From NCBI RefSeq assembly GCF_001194135.2, contig NC_068999.1:32640431-32704430 (forward strand): DNA of 64,000 nucleotides, written 5' to 3'. Below, piece by piece: positions 1-12,585 of the stretch. The DNA comes from Octopus bimaculoides (taxonomy: Eukaryota). The notes beneath the pieces are model-generated. The model was not told where the DNA came from and searched no databases. It saw only the letters and a list, made by a program, of their open reading frames with translations. A program made the position numbers and the translations under genes. Position 1 is the stretch's first letter. Each line of letters opens with the position of its first letter.

Positions 1-230
1 TTTCCCTTGGGTGTTAAAAAAAATTTGTTATATGAGGTAGATATAAAGTTCCCTTCCAGCGGCCGTATTATAGATTTTTTCAATAATCTAAGTATGTCAT
101 GATGTTTCCAGAAATGAGTTCTTCTCGGGTGTCAAGTTTCATCAAAATCAATAAGACAATGTAGGAGTTAGCTAACAATGCCACAAACAAACACACCAAT
201 TTTCCACGTATGTGGTAGATATGTATGTAC
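1..230 (+). mobile_element. Non-autonomous repeat (possibly Helitron/DINE-1-like), copy 1; cut by the window start
   Basis: Matches 1645-1871 as an inverted copy over ~230 bp. Contains AAGTTTCATCAAAATC and ACAAACAAAC and ends ...GTGGTAGAT running into a (TA)n microsatellite, an architecture like DINE-1/HINE-type elements (class assignment is inference). Confidence 0.5.
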
Positions 231-241
231 ATACATGTATA

Positions 242-305
<64 letters not shown>

Positions 306-394
306 TATCTATATATATATGTATGTATATCTATATACATATGTATATATATACATATGTATGTGCATATGTATGTATATGTATATACATATCT

Positions 395-448
<54 letters not shown>

Positions 449-470
449 ATATGTATATATGTATATATAT
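225..470. repeat. (TA)n/(TATG)n compound microsatellite
   Basis: Directly visible; source of the YIYIYI ORFs. Confidence 0.97.
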
Positions 471-535
471 GGTGGTTGTCTATTCCTTATGCATAGTTTC
501 ACCACCTCCTGTACCTACACCTTAGGACTATCATG

Positions 536-800
536 TCATCTGATGTGGCTTTTTAAACGAGACAATGTTTTGAAAAGACATGTACGTAGATTGCATATCC
601 AATTTGGACCACTAAGAGCTGCAGTTAAGTTCTGATATTTGTGCATCTTAAAATGTCTTATGAGACCTCTTTTAGATTTGCAGACATATAGGCAGAATAG
701 TTGGTGTAGGCTTGTTTCCAATGGGTTGGGAAATAAGATTTGATTCCAGCAAAAGAGAAGCATGGTTTGTCACAAACTGTGCACATAAAAAGGTCATTGT
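536..800 (-). mobile_element. RTE-clade LINE 3' ORF remnant with C2H2-like motifs
   Basis: Minus-strand translations FMCTVCDKPCFSFAGIKSY and [21 protein letters not shown] resemble the C-terminal CxxC...GLxSHxR motifs of RTE ORFs; broken by stops and frameshifts. Confidence 0.5.
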
Positions 801-825
801 GATGCACCTTGATTGTAACAAGTTT

Positions 826-1000
826 TGCACCTGGCTCAATCTGATCTGGCAAAGTCTCTGTAGCTGGATGCCCTTTTTAATTCCAACCACTCCGAGAGTG
901 TAGTGGGTGCTTTTTACGTGCCACTGGCATGTGGGCCAGTGAGGTGGTTCTGGCAACGACTACGCTCAAAAGGTGTTTTTACGAGCTCTTCCACAGGTTC
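826..1000 (-). mobile_element. RTE LINE 3' tail fragment
   Basis: CTGGATGCCC...CCAACCACTCCGAGAGTGTAGTGGGTGCTTTTTACGTGCCAC matches the tail attached to RTE coding sequence at 40960-41400. Confidence 0.7.
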
Positions 1001-1058
1001 CCTCAACTGCTAGGGTGTGATACTTTTTCACACAGCTGTCCTCATTCCTTTGCAATAC

Positions 1059-1059
<1 letters not shown>

Positions 1060-1094
<35 letters not shown>

Positions 1095-1265
1095 GTGTGT
1101 GTGTGTGTATATATGTGTATGTATATGTATATGTGTATATATGTATATATATGTGTATATATGTGCATATATGTATATGTATATACATATATATGTGTGT
1201 ATATATGCATATATATATATGTATGTGTGTGTATATATGTATATATGTATATGTATATATATATG
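1060..1265. repeat. (TA)n/(TG)n compound microsatellite
   Basis: Directly visible. Confidence 0.97.
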
Positions 1266-1502
1266 GCAGGACCCATTCCTGTAGAGAATGGTGACATCCT
1301 TGCCCCTTTTCTTTGTACTTTGCTGCTGCTTTTACTCATGCTTTTGCTAAGAATAGCTCTCTGGGAATATATGTCAGACATCGATCTTCTGGCCGCCTCT
1401 TTAATCTTCGATGATTTGCTATCAATTCAAAGGTTCTCCAGTCTATTATTTATGACCTCCTTTATGCAGATGACTGTGACTTAGTCGCTCATACAGTGGA
1501 TG
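1266..1502 (+). mobile_element. RTE-clade LINE reverse transcriptase fragment
   Basis: Translates (one stop, frameshift) to GDILAP...[43 protein letters not shown], the RTE RT region with the YADD motif; ends at an N-gap. Confidence 0.85.
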
Positions 1503-1644
1503 NNNNNNNNNNNNNNNNNNNNNNNNNNNNNNNNNNNNNNNNNNNNNNNNNNNNNNNNNNNNNNNNNNNNNNNNNNNNNNNNNNNNNNNNNNNNNNNNNN
1601 NNGTGTCTTAAATGCAAAACTTTGGATATATATACATATATATG

Positions 1645-1871
1645 TGCATATGTATCTACTACATATGTGGAAAACCGGTGTGTTTGTGGCATTGTTAGCT
1701 AACTCCTCGTACATCATTGTATTGATTTTGATGTAACTTGACAACTGTGTAGAACTCATGTCTGGAAGCCTCATGACATACTCAGATTTTTGAGAATATC
1801 AATAATATAGCCTCTGAAGGGACCTTTATATCTACTTTGTATAACTATTTTTTTTTAAACACCCAAGGGAA
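1645..1871 (-). mobile_element. Non-autonomous repeat, inverted copy 2 of 1-230
   Basis: Reverse complement aligns colinearly with 1-230 (TTCCCTTGGGTGTT at the window start versus AACACCCAAGGGAA ending at 1871). Confidence 0.6.
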
Positions 1872-2137
1872 GTAACCCATAGCACCTGTGCATTTTGTTT
1901 TTTAAACTCTTAAGGGAAATAACCCATCTCAGTGTTTATGTTCGGTTACTTTGAATATTGATGTTTTTGTGTCCTCCAACCATCTCTCCCTCCTGCAGCT
2001 GACACTTTTTGTACTTTTTCATAATGGAAAATACACCTTTTGTGGCAGTTATAACGAAATTGCTTTCTTATATCAGAGTAATAAGGCATTTCAATAGAAC
2101 ATCTTTACCTTCGGGAATTACCAGGTACACCAGCTAG

Positions 2138-2148
2138 TATATATATGC

Positions 2149-2194
<46 letters not shown>

Positions 2195-2437
2195 NNNNNN
2201 NNNNNNNNNNNNNNNNNNNNNNNNNNNNNNNNNNNNNNNNNNNNNNNNNNNNNNNNNNNNNNNNNNNNNNNNNNNNNNNNNNNNNNNNNNNNNNNNNNNN
2301 NNNNNNNNNNNNNNNNNNNNNNNNNNNNNNNNNNNNNNNNNNNNNNNNNNNNNNNNNNNNNNNNNNNNNNNNNNNNNNNNNNNNNNNNNNNNNNNNNNNN
2401 NNNNNNNNNNNNNNNNNNNNNNNNNNNNNNNNNNNNN

Positions 2438-2482
<45 letters not shown>

Positions 2483-2563
2483 ATATATATCTGTACATAT
2501 ATGCATGTATATATGTGTATGTATGTATATGTATATATATATATATATCTGTGTATGTATGTA

Positions 2564-2603
<40 letters not shown>

Positions 2604-2716
2604 TATATATATATATGTATGTGTATGTATGTATGTGTATGTACATATATATGTGTATGTATATATACGTACATATATATACGTGTGTATGTATACGTGT
2701 ATGTATATATATGTCT
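2138..2716. repeat. (TG)n/(TA)n microsatellite block spanning an N-gap
   Basis: Directly visible. Confidence 0.97.
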
Positions 2717-2749
2717 ATAACAGCAAGAAGCAAGTGCTTTATCCATTCA

Positions 2750-3235
2750 TGAAAGTGAGTGCAGCCTTAGCTAGTAGGAACTGTTGTCATGAGACTGTGT
2801 CCTGTGCTCTTCAGGTATTTCAACCCTTAACTGCAACACCCTACTCTTGGTGGGTCAACAGAGGTGGCCAAGGCACTGCTCCTCATTTCTTCCTGACTTC
2901 CAGCTCAACTTTTCGCTCCTACTCCAAAGCCAACAATTGGCTCTTTAAGCTGCCTATCCCATCTTGTGCAATATTTTGTGCTAAGAGATGTAAAAACCTT
3001 CTGAACTTTCTGAAGGCTGTTCTCTTTCTGTTTTATTTCCCATGCACCTCATTGTTCCTGAGGACCTGTCACACACAAAACCTATCTCTATTAATCTGCC
3101 TGCATCATCACTGCATCACTTTTGTATCCTTAGTTTGCATTTGGTACATACTTTGGAATTTCTACCTTCTTTATTTCCTACATACTGAGGAAACCCATTT
3201 CTCTCGTGGAACCAGAGATCTTTCTCTTTTCCTAC
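2750..3235 (-). mobile_element. Degraded RTE LINE fragment
   Basis: Minus strand gives [12 protein letters not shown] and [14 protein letters not shown], similar to the GRNSIRCxxCKLW and IAWAKFRELLPLL segments of this RTE family (the latter also seen near 42000). Confidence 0.5.
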
Positions 3236-3309
3236 TTACTAAAACTTTGATCTTTGCCTTGTGAGTGTATATGGGAGGTTGAAACTGAAAGAAGCTTACT
3301 GTATATGTA

Positions 3310-3344
<35 letters not shown>

Positions 3345-3699
3345 ATATGCATGCATTGTTTTCTTCTCTCAAAATTGCATGATAATTGTAAATGAGCATT
3401 GCTGTCATTTAAGCAATGTCTTTCATTTCCAATTTCTGTAAGAACTTGTCCAGCAATGGGGAGAAATACTATTTTACTTGGAAACAAGTGACGTTTGGCA
3501 TCGGTCTCATTTATACAAGCATGGAAACAAGGATGGTCAAACAATGATGATAACAATACTGATATACATAGTGTGCATGTGTGTGCATATACATATATAT
3601 AATACATATTGTATGCATGGTTGAATCCATAGTCATGGCCGTTGCCACTGTTATGTAAATGGTACCATGAAATCATAGTTGTGGCCATTGCCAGTGTCA

Positions 3700-3890
3700 T
3701 GTATATGGCACCCATACTGGTGGAACATAAAAAGCACTCATTACACTCTTGGAGTGGTTGGCATTAGGAAAGGCATCTAACCATGTAAACCATGTCAAAT
3801 CAGACCAGAACCTGGTGCAACTCTCATGCTTACCAGTTCTAGTCAAACCGTCCATGTCAGCATGGAAAGCAGACGTTAAATGATGATGAT
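3700..3890 (+). mobile_element. RTE LINE 3' tail ending in (GAT)n
   Basis: GTGGTTGGCATTAGGAAAGGCATC...GCATGGAAAGCAGACGTTAAATGATGATGAT. Confidence 0.8.
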
Positions 3891-3902
3891 ACACACACAT
3901 TT

Positions 3903-3957
<55 letters not shown>

Positions 3958-4598
3958 ATATGTCTGTGTGTGTATATATTTATATATATTTAATTTGGGA
4001 ATATTCACTACCTTACCCTTCCACTTCATCTCTCCTTGCACTTATCTTTTTCCATTCCATCTCAATTTCCAAATCCCTTTGAACAACAGTTTTCCTTTAA
4101 TTATTACATTTTGCACATCACTTGCACTATCCCTCCACACCACTCCACTCCCATCCACCCCACTCTCTCTCTCACAGTTCTAGTCATTCTTGTTTCATTT
4201 TGTTTAATAATTACAATAATTAACTTGTTCCAATAAAACTTTTGTAGAAATTGTCTCTATTTAAAAAAAAAAACAACCTATAATATTCTTCATCAGTTTA
4301 GTGTCCGTGTTATTATTAAAACAATGGATGCAGTTATAGAGTGAGAGGTGCAGCACTGTATGTGAAGTGGTGGCAATAGTGGGAGTATTTCTGTGTAGGT
4401 GGTGGTGGAATTATTGTGGTGTTAGTGATAATAGTGGAACTGTCTCTGTGTAGGTGGTGATAGAATTGTGTGGTGTTGGTGGTAGTAGAGGAATAAGTAA
4501 AAGAACACCAGTGTGGTGACCAAGTGCTAGATAGGTACAAAGAAAAGAAAAGAAAAAGAAACAAACATCCACATATACACCCTCTCACAAACAGCATA

Positions 4599-5812
4599 CA
4601 CAGACACGACAGAATTAAATAGACACCCTTATAATTGTTAAAATTTATTTAAATTTGAAATTATACATTGAAATTATTTATTAATTGTTATGATGTGAAT
4701 ATTTGATATTTAGTAAACATGCCCTCTGCATTTTTCAATGCAAGGACCCTATTAGGCATGTCAATGATCAGATGAATGTTTTCTTGCGGAATTTCTTGCC
4801 AAGTTTCAAGCTGTAATCTGAAAAGAGCTGGCTTTGAAGATGCTTTCTTTTTGTTTTTATGAAATGTCCTGTCCATTATGCCCCAGAGGTGTTCAATAGG
4901 GTTCATATCTGGTGACTGGTTTGGTCATGGAAGCTTTTTAATGCCATTCTCATCCAGTAAATCCATGTGACAAGTAGCCCAATCATCCATAAATAAAGTC
5001 TTCTTTCATCATTTGACCACTGGAGAAGATTTGAGGGAATCCTTTCTGCAATATGGACATACGTTTGTCTGAGTTTATGTTTCCCTCACACTCCACCAGC
5101 TCTGTCCATTGCTCCAAATTGCTCCCCAGACCCTCACAGAATAACTGCCATATTTCATTGTTGGCTGCAATCTTTTCACATCAAATTCTTGATCACAGAG
5201 TCTCCAGACCCACACTCTACCACTGTCAGGAAATACAGCAAATCTGGACTCATTGGAGAAAATGACAATCCCAAAAAATGCTAGTGACCTTTCCACCATC
5301 TCACTGGCCCAGTCTTTTCTCCACTTGATATTGACTGGTCAAAGAAGTGACTTCTTTCTTGTTGCTCTGCCATAGTAACCAAGTTTGTGGAGATACCTGA
5401 CAGCTGTTCTGGGACTGATATCGTGTTCTGCTATATCAGAATCATTGCAACAAGAATTATCCTCCACATATCTCTTAACAAAGAGAAGGGTCCTGGTTGA
5501 TCTGCTAAGATGATATGGACTCCTTCCCCTCTCTGGTGAATTGCACAATCACTCTATTAACTGTAGAAAATAGGATCCCAAGGTTTTCTGCAATTTTATG
5601 CTGACTATATCCACCTTCAGATTGACCCACTATATGGCCTCTTTGAAATTCAGACAGTTGCAAGGTTTCTTTTGTACATCATCAAACAGTCACATGTAGA
5701 ACCTGAAACATAAAAATGTCAATTAATAAAAAAAATGTATATAAACCTTTACAAGTCAGAGTAAGCAAAACAATGTTTTATGGGGTGTCTATTTACTTCT
5801 GTCATGTCTGTT
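4599..5812 (-). mobile_element. Tc1-family DNA transposon relic, about 1.2 kb, with both TIRs
   Basis: 30-bp TIRs at 4599-4628 and 5783-5812 (27/30 match) flanked by TA (4597-98, 5813-14). Minus-strand fragments [44 protein letters not shown] and QSPDMNPIEHLW are Tc1 transposase motifs; frameshifted and internally deleted. Confidence 0.92.
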
Positions 5813-5923
5813 TATGTATATCTACAGTAACTTATAGGTAGTGGCCTATATAGATTGATTGATAGAAAAAAAAGAAAAGAAAAAAACAGACTGTGGATCG
5901 GAGGCTTGGATAGTAATTTTCAT

Positions 5924-6131
5924 ATTCTTTTACTTGTTTCAGTCATTTGACTATGACCATGCTGGAGCACTGCCTTGAAGGGCTTTAGCCAAAAAAATCA
6001 ACCCCAAGACTTATTTTTAAAGCCTAGTACTTATTTTATCAAACCCTTTTGATGAACTGCTAAGTTACAGGTCCCTGTAAACACCAACACCAGTTGTCAA
6101 GCTGTGATGGGAGGACAAACACAAATATAAA

Positions 6132-6164
<33 letters not shown>

Positions 6165-6295
6165 CTGGCTTCTTTCAGTTTCCATCTACCAAATCCACTC
6201 ACAAAGCTTTGACCATCTTGCCCAAGGTGCCATGCAGTGGAACTGAACCCAGAACCATGTGGTTGGGAAGCAAGCTTCATACCACACAGCCATGC
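5924..6295 (-). mobile_element. tRNA-derived SINE, family A (CORE-like, internal CA/TG tract)
   Basis: Reverse complement reads tRNA-like head (...GGTTCTGGGTTCAGTTCCAC), CCTTGGGCAAG core, microsatellite and the CAGCATGGTCATAGTC...GACTGAAACAAGTAAAAGA tail. Confidence 0.85.
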
Positions 6296-7367
6296 ATACA
6301 CTTATACAGACACACGTACACACACACAAACATCTTTTACTTGTTTCAGTCATTAGGCCGGCTGGGACACTAACTTGAAAGATTTTTAGTTGAATGTATC
6401 CACCCATTTGGTTGAATGTATCTACCAAATCCACTCACACAGCTTTGGTTGGCCTGAAGCTATAGTAGAAAGCACTTGCTCTAGGTGCCACAAAATGGGA
6501 CTGAACTTCGAACCATTTGGTTGGGAAGCAAGCCTCTTACCACAGCCAAGCCTGCACCTGTATGTGCGTGTGTGTTGTGTGTGCATGAGAGAGAGAATGA
6601 ACAGACATGAAAGAAATAGTAGATTGTATGACAATACATGTAAGTTGATGGGGGTATGTTCACATTGAGTGGTTAGGGCATGGCTATGTGGTAAGGAAGT
6701 TTTTTTTTTTCACAATCACATAGTTATTAGTTCATTCGTTATCTGCAACACTTTGGGTGCATGTCTTTTACTATAGGTCTGAGTTGATCTATACCATCTG
6801 AGTACAGTTACCCTCCATGTGTGTATCAAGTACTAAGCACACACAATGGGCTTGTTTTAGTCTCCATCTGTTATATCTACTCAAGGCTTTGGTTGGCCTG
6901 GGCCTATATTAGAAGACACTTTCCCATGCCATGCAGTGGAATTTAAGCCAAACCCGCATGGTTGGTAAGTGCACTTCTTCATTGCATCAATGTGTATTTA
7001 AGGAAAAGGTTGACAGTGATTTCAAAGTTATGCTAATTTTGGCTTCTTAAGACTGTGTGATAAAGCAACAATCTTTTATACTCTGATTTAACTGTCATTG
7101 TTTTCCTCATAAAAATAATTTGATACTCTACTTAAATGTATGTAGTGTTCCTTTAATAAATGTTGGACTGTTTTTATGGATTATCTTTTACCTTTTCTCT
7201 CTTACTTCTTTCAGTCATTTGACTGTGGCCATGCTGCGACACTGCTTTGAAGAATTTTAGTCGAACTTATCAACCTAAGTCCTTATTAATTTTTTTAAGC
7301 CTGGTACTTGGTCTCTTTTGCCGTAGTGATTGTCAAGCGGTGGTGCGGCTCAAACATAGGTATATAT

Positions 7368-7790
7368 ACAGGCGTTGCTGTGTGTTAAGAAGCTTGCCTC
7401 CCAGCTACATGACCCTGGGTTCAGTCCCACAGTGTGGCACCTTGCGGGAGTGTCTTCTACTGAACCTCGAGTTGGTCAAAGTCTTGTGAGTGGATTTGGT
7501 AGATGGAAACCAAAAGAAGCCCTTTATATATATATATATATATATATACATGTGTGTGTATGTGTGTCTTTGTGTTTGTGTTTGTCCCCCCACCATTGCT
7601 TGACAACTGATGTTGGTGTGTTTAAGTCCCCATAACTGAGTGGTTCGGCAAAAGAGATTGATAGAGTAAGTACTAGGTTTATAAAGAATAATTCTTGGGG
7701 TTGATTTCTTTGACTAAAAATAAACCCCTTTGAGGTGGTGCTTCAGCATGGCCACAGTCAAATTACTGAAACAAGTAAAAGACTGAAAGA
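7368..7790 (+). mobile_element. tRNA-derived SINE, family A, near full length
   Basis: A/B-box-like head GCTGTGTGTTAAGAAGCTTGC...GGGTTCAGTCCC, body, microsatellite and the CAGCATGGCCACAGTC...GAAACAAGTAAAAGA tail. Confidence 0.88.
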
Positions 7791-7809
7791 ACATATATAT
7801 ATATATATA

Positions 7810-7985
7810 TACACACGCACACAATGGGCTTCTTTCAGTTTCCGTCTACTAAATCCTCTCACAAGGCTTTTGTTGGCCCAGGGCTATAATGGATGACATT
7901 TTCCCAAAGTGCCACACAGTGGGAGTGAACCCAGAACCATGTGATTGGAAAGAAAACCTCTTACCACAAAACCACACCTGCACCT
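7810..7985 (-). mobile_element. SINE family A, 5' half
   Basis: Head-and-core homology to 7368-7520 in inverted orientation. Confidence 0.75.
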
Positions 7986-8800
7986 ATTGTACATAATAAA
8001 AACAAAACAAAACATTGTGTGGGTAGAGAGAGAAAGAGAGAGATTAATGTGTCTACAATCAGCTTAATATGTTTGTGTGTGTAAACTTTAGTGTGTAAAC
8101 TTTAGTGTGTATATAAAATTCGACTGATAGATACGCATGTTTGCGTGTGCGTCTGTGTGTGTGTATAAACTTCTACTTGTATAATTGGATGGATAGATAT
8201 ATTCTGTGTATACACTTATATGTGTATAATCAGATTCATAGATTTGTATACACTTGAGGATATTTATACAGTTAGTCTAATAGATATGTGTGAGCATGAG
8301 TGTGGTTGTGTATTCCAATGTAGGAAGGAGAAAGAAAGAGAGAGAGAGAAGGCTGGAAGTATTGTTGAGAGTGAATTTTGATTGTATGTGGATGTTTCTA
8401 AAATAGCTGCACATTAGTTTATTAATTACATAGCATCTATGCAAGCAGGTTTTTCTCATGCATTGTGATGATCACAGTATGAATTACCAAAGTCTCAGTA
8501 GTTCCTGCTAAATCAAATAGAATCTTATAATTACAATTGTGATGCCAGTAATTATAGTTGTGACACAACTCTGCATCATTTTCTACCATTTCTATTGCTT
8601 TTCTCAACATTTTCCCAAAGTTTACATTGATCATAGAATTCTTGGATTGTTTGACTTTCTGGCAGTATTGTGGTAGTGTGATGGTGGGAGTTGGGGGTGT
8701 TGTATTATATGTATTATGTAGCCTGGAGTGGTGTAGTGTTGTGTTGTATCATATCCATTATAAACGTGTGCGTGTGAGGGAGGTATTTATTTATTGATAT

Positions 8801-9118
8801 AGGTGCAGGCGTGGCTTTGTGGTAAGAAGCTTACTTCCCAACTTTATAGTTCTGGGTTCAGTACCACTATATGGCACATTGGGCAAGTGTCTCCTACTAC
8901 AGCCTCAGGCTGACCAAAGCCTTGTGAGTGAATTTGGTGGATGGAAGCTGAAAGAAGCCTGCCATATATATTGCCTGTGTGTGTTTTTGTGTATCTATGT
9001 GTGGGTGTCTTTGTGTCTGTTTACATTCCCATCCTGGGGTTGATTTATTCCACTGAAAAACCCTTCAAGGCAGTGTCCCAGCATGGCCGCAGTCAATTGA
9101 CAATAACAAGTAAAAGAT
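8801..9118 (+). mobile_element. SINE family A
   Basis: GGTGCAGGCGTGGCTTTGTGGTAAGAAGC head through the CAAGTAAAAGA tail. Confidence 0.85.
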
Positions 9119-9987
9119 ATATATATCACTCTGGAAAAGAAAGCAGTGTAGTACCCATGACCATTTATTTCTTTTCTGGAAAACTATTGGGAGATGAAGT
9201 TACCCTCAACAAAAGCCGTCTGGTTGTTTGTAATAATGGGGATGGGTCTTTTACTAAAAGCACTCTGCAAAGGGATCAGTTGTAGTGTTAAACTGGGGGT
9301 ATGTTTTAAGTCTGCCAATCTAAAATTCTGGTGAAAAACCAGAACAACTTGCACTAGGCATCTGATCTAATCTTTTGCCAATCCTCTTCACTGTCATTTA
9401 TTTTCTTTTTTTATTGACTTCCAAAAAATAAAAAAAGACAAAGTAGACCTTAGTGAGATGTGACTCCCCTAACTGCCAACATAAGAAAAAGAAGAATATG
9501 CTTAGAGAATTTTATCATAGAAAACAAAAAAGCAATATGTGTATTTTTAACTAAGCAGCTACCGGTTTCTGTCATTTAAGATGACATCTTCATGCTGGAA
9601 TGAAATGGAAAAAAATGAAAACAAAAATTGAAATAAATTTCATAATATCAGTTGTTCTGGTTGTGGCTAGTTGTAGCTATGACTACCCTCAAACAACGAT
9701 CAGGACAGAAAATATAGCACAGTGTGATCTTTATGAGGAAAATATATGAACTTGCAGAACTATTATTATGAATTTATTTCAGTTTTTTTTTTCTATATTT
9801 ATTCCATTTTATTCATGCATGAATATGTCAACTTAATTGACAGAAACAGGTAGTTGCTTAGTTAAAAATATACATATTGTCTTTTTATTTTCCATGTTAA
9901 AATTCTCTATGCATTTTCTTCTTATTTTGTCAATATATATTTACTCATGTGTAAACTCATAAATTTGTAATCTTCTGTTTTCTACCT

Positions 9988-10383
9988 ATTTCAGTCATTA
10001 GACTATGGCCATGCTGGGGCACTACCTTGAAGAATTTCTAAGTTGAATGAATTGACCTCAGTACTTATTTTTTGTTAAGTTTGATACTTAACAGTTCAGC
10101 AAAAATTGATGGATAGAAATCCATCACTTTTTGCCAAACTGTAAACATGTAACACTGTTTGTAAACACAGTAACACTGGCTGTCAAGCGGTGGTGTGGGA
10201 CAGGCACTCACACACATACACATATGACAAGCGTCTTTCAGTCTCAGTCCACTAAATCCAGTCACAAATCTTTGGTTGGCCTAAGGCTATAGTAGAAGAC
10301 ACTTGCCCAAAGTGTCATGCAGTGGGACTGAACCTGGTACCATGTGATTGGTAAGCAAGCTTTTTCCCACACAGTTGCACTTG
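9988..10383 (-). mobile_element. SINE family A
   Basis: Colinear with the other family A copies on the minus strand. Confidence 0.82.
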
Positions 10384-11129
10384 TGTCTATATAGTTTATA
10401 TTAAAATTATGAAATGTGGATGAGTGCAGTATTTACATTTGTCCAAATTAGCTTCAAATACTGCAGTTTGCTTCTCCCAACACCTAGGGTCCTAGTGATA
10501 AGGGACTGGAATGTGTATAATGATAATTTTACATAGATTGAGGTCAGTTTTTCATTAATCATTAGTTATCATTACTGCATTCACTAAGTGGTTATCATTA
10601 CATTCACTAGTGTTATTACAACATTTCCTTCAGTTTAGATTCTTGGGAGTTGATTGACTCTTTTACCAGGCTGTAATAATCAGTTATGTGTCTCTCATCA
10701 CATTCATTTTGCCAGTTCAATGTGAGCTCTTATCCTTGACATGGAATATGTAGGTTACTCTATCCCATTGTGGGCCATAGCTGAGGTAGAGAGAGATGGT
10801 GAGAGATTAACGTTGCCTGCTAAAAACTTTTGTTTTTGTTATTTAAAGGCGGAAGATGTGTGTGTGTGTGTGTGAAAGAGAGAGAAGAAAGTGAGGGAGA
10901 GCAAGTCTCTCTATAGTGTTTGTATGTATGTTTGTGTATGTTGCTGAAAGTATGTATGCATATGTCAAGGAACTCGATTCTGTATATGAAGAGTATGCAT
11001 GTGTTTATGACTAACTCATGATTGTGTATTGTGTGTGGTATGTATATGCTTATGTATAACTGCTGTTGATAATGTTGGTGGTGGTGTGTGTATGTCTGTG
11101 AAAAAGTTTATTCACTTCAAATTTCCATG

Positions 11130-12040
11130 CTTTTACAAAAGTGTTTCCGAATTTCCTGCCCTCCAAATATTAGTATAAAGTAACCTTTAATGACATTGGG
11201 TGCCTGGCAGACCACTTATAACCATTCTATTGAATGTCTGTGTGAATCTGTCTGGCAATAAGTCTTGGAGTTGCTATATACATTGACCTTTTGTGATTAG
11301 AAGTAGCCATCAGTTGATGGACAGCCCCATTGATCTGAGAGAGGTTTTAGGGAATGGAATTGGAGATGACTATCCTTTTCCTGTGGGCATTCAAATCATA
11401 GGTGGAATTGCTGCAATTGAGAATCAAACTTAATTTCCAGATCAGCAAATGTACCTTCTGCACTAAGATATCCTACGGTTTTTCATCAGCAGCAGTTTTA
11501 CGCCTTTATTTCCATGCTGGCATGGATTGGATAGGACTTTTTAGGCAGTTGGATGCCCTTCCTGATGCCAATTCTTTTAGTTCTGTCCTACAAATACACG
11601 CACACACTCACACTCACATGTACATATGTGTATGTGTGTAAGTTTTTCATTTAACAAATTTTTTTTTAAATTTTGGTTGATTTGATTTTCTTTCTTCTAT
11701 TTTTCTTATAAATGAGCAAATGTGCTGCATCAAAGATTAACAACATACATTGTATTCTCAACCATGTTAATGGTAAATGGAGTGCCAACCATACAGAGAT
11801 TCTGTATTCATGCATATACACTGTTTCCTTACAAGGTCCAAGACATACGCCAAAGTAAGCATATTGTCTTACTAAAGTGGAATCATTCATCCTCATCCTT
11901 TGACCTGCTTGAACAACCAATTCCAATTTGTCAGGATTCACAGTACGATCGACTTCCAAACACAACTCTGCTGTTTGATTTGTTGTGCTATCTATCATTT
12001 CAATAACTGAATATAAGAATGTGACTTGTGAGACCTTCAT
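11130..12040 (-). mobile_element. Heavily degraded LINE RT C-terminal remnant, interrupted by an RTE tail at about 11485-11580
   Basis: VNPDKLELVV...AYFGVCL resembles the VNPxKTELV...KYLGVxL RT thumb region; similarity is weak. Confidence 0.35.
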
Positions 12041-12585
12041 ATGGGTGATTTTTCTGAGTCACCATCTCACCCTTGTAATTTTCTTTCATTCCATTGATCT
12101 TTCTGTGTACGAGCTAGCCATCCCCTTTACTTCCATTTCCTACACAATATCAGATGGCTGTTGACTCTCCTGAGTTCTTCTGCCCTTTGTTGGATTTTGT
12201 TTCTTATTCCGCTGGGTGACATTGAGTAATCACTCTCCTCATCAAGTAAGGTTGGTGTGGGTTGTCACTTTAGTCACCAATGACCCAAAGATCCAACAGG
12301 CAGTGCATTGGGTTACATGTTACCAGTAGTGCTCAAGAGTGACCTGACATAGATACTGTACAAAGATATTTTGAGACATTTTTATAATACTGAGACATAT
12401 CTATCAGTAAATATTATGGAATTGTTTGTCTGAAATACACAAACCGTATATTACAACTACCCCTAATTATCTTTCCACTTGAAGGTCCACTTAACAAGAT
12501 AAATGTTCATTATTATTCTAGTAGCCCCTTATCTCTACCCCCATCCACACACACACATACTCCTACCAGTACAAGGTTACTACCA

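Noticed and set aside
80-2733. Many ORFs rich in [12 protein letters not shown] (also at 16964-17972, 40364-41010, 42045-42587)
   Set aside because: They are translations of dinucleotide microsatellites and N-gaps, which lack stop codons in some frames.
2155-3264. Longest listed ORF (369 aa)
   Set aside because: Microsatellite plus N-gap read-through into the antisense strand of a degraded RTE fragment.
7371-7445. tRNA-like A/B-box sequences at SINE heads
   Set aside because: They are followed by SINE core and tail and no full cloverleaf is evident, so they are not called tRNA genes.
11301-11440. Protein-looking + strand frame SSHQLMDSPIDLREVLGNGIGDDYPFPVGIQ after an AG
   Set aside because: No convincing donor, and it overlaps a probable antisense LINE remnant; most likely chance.
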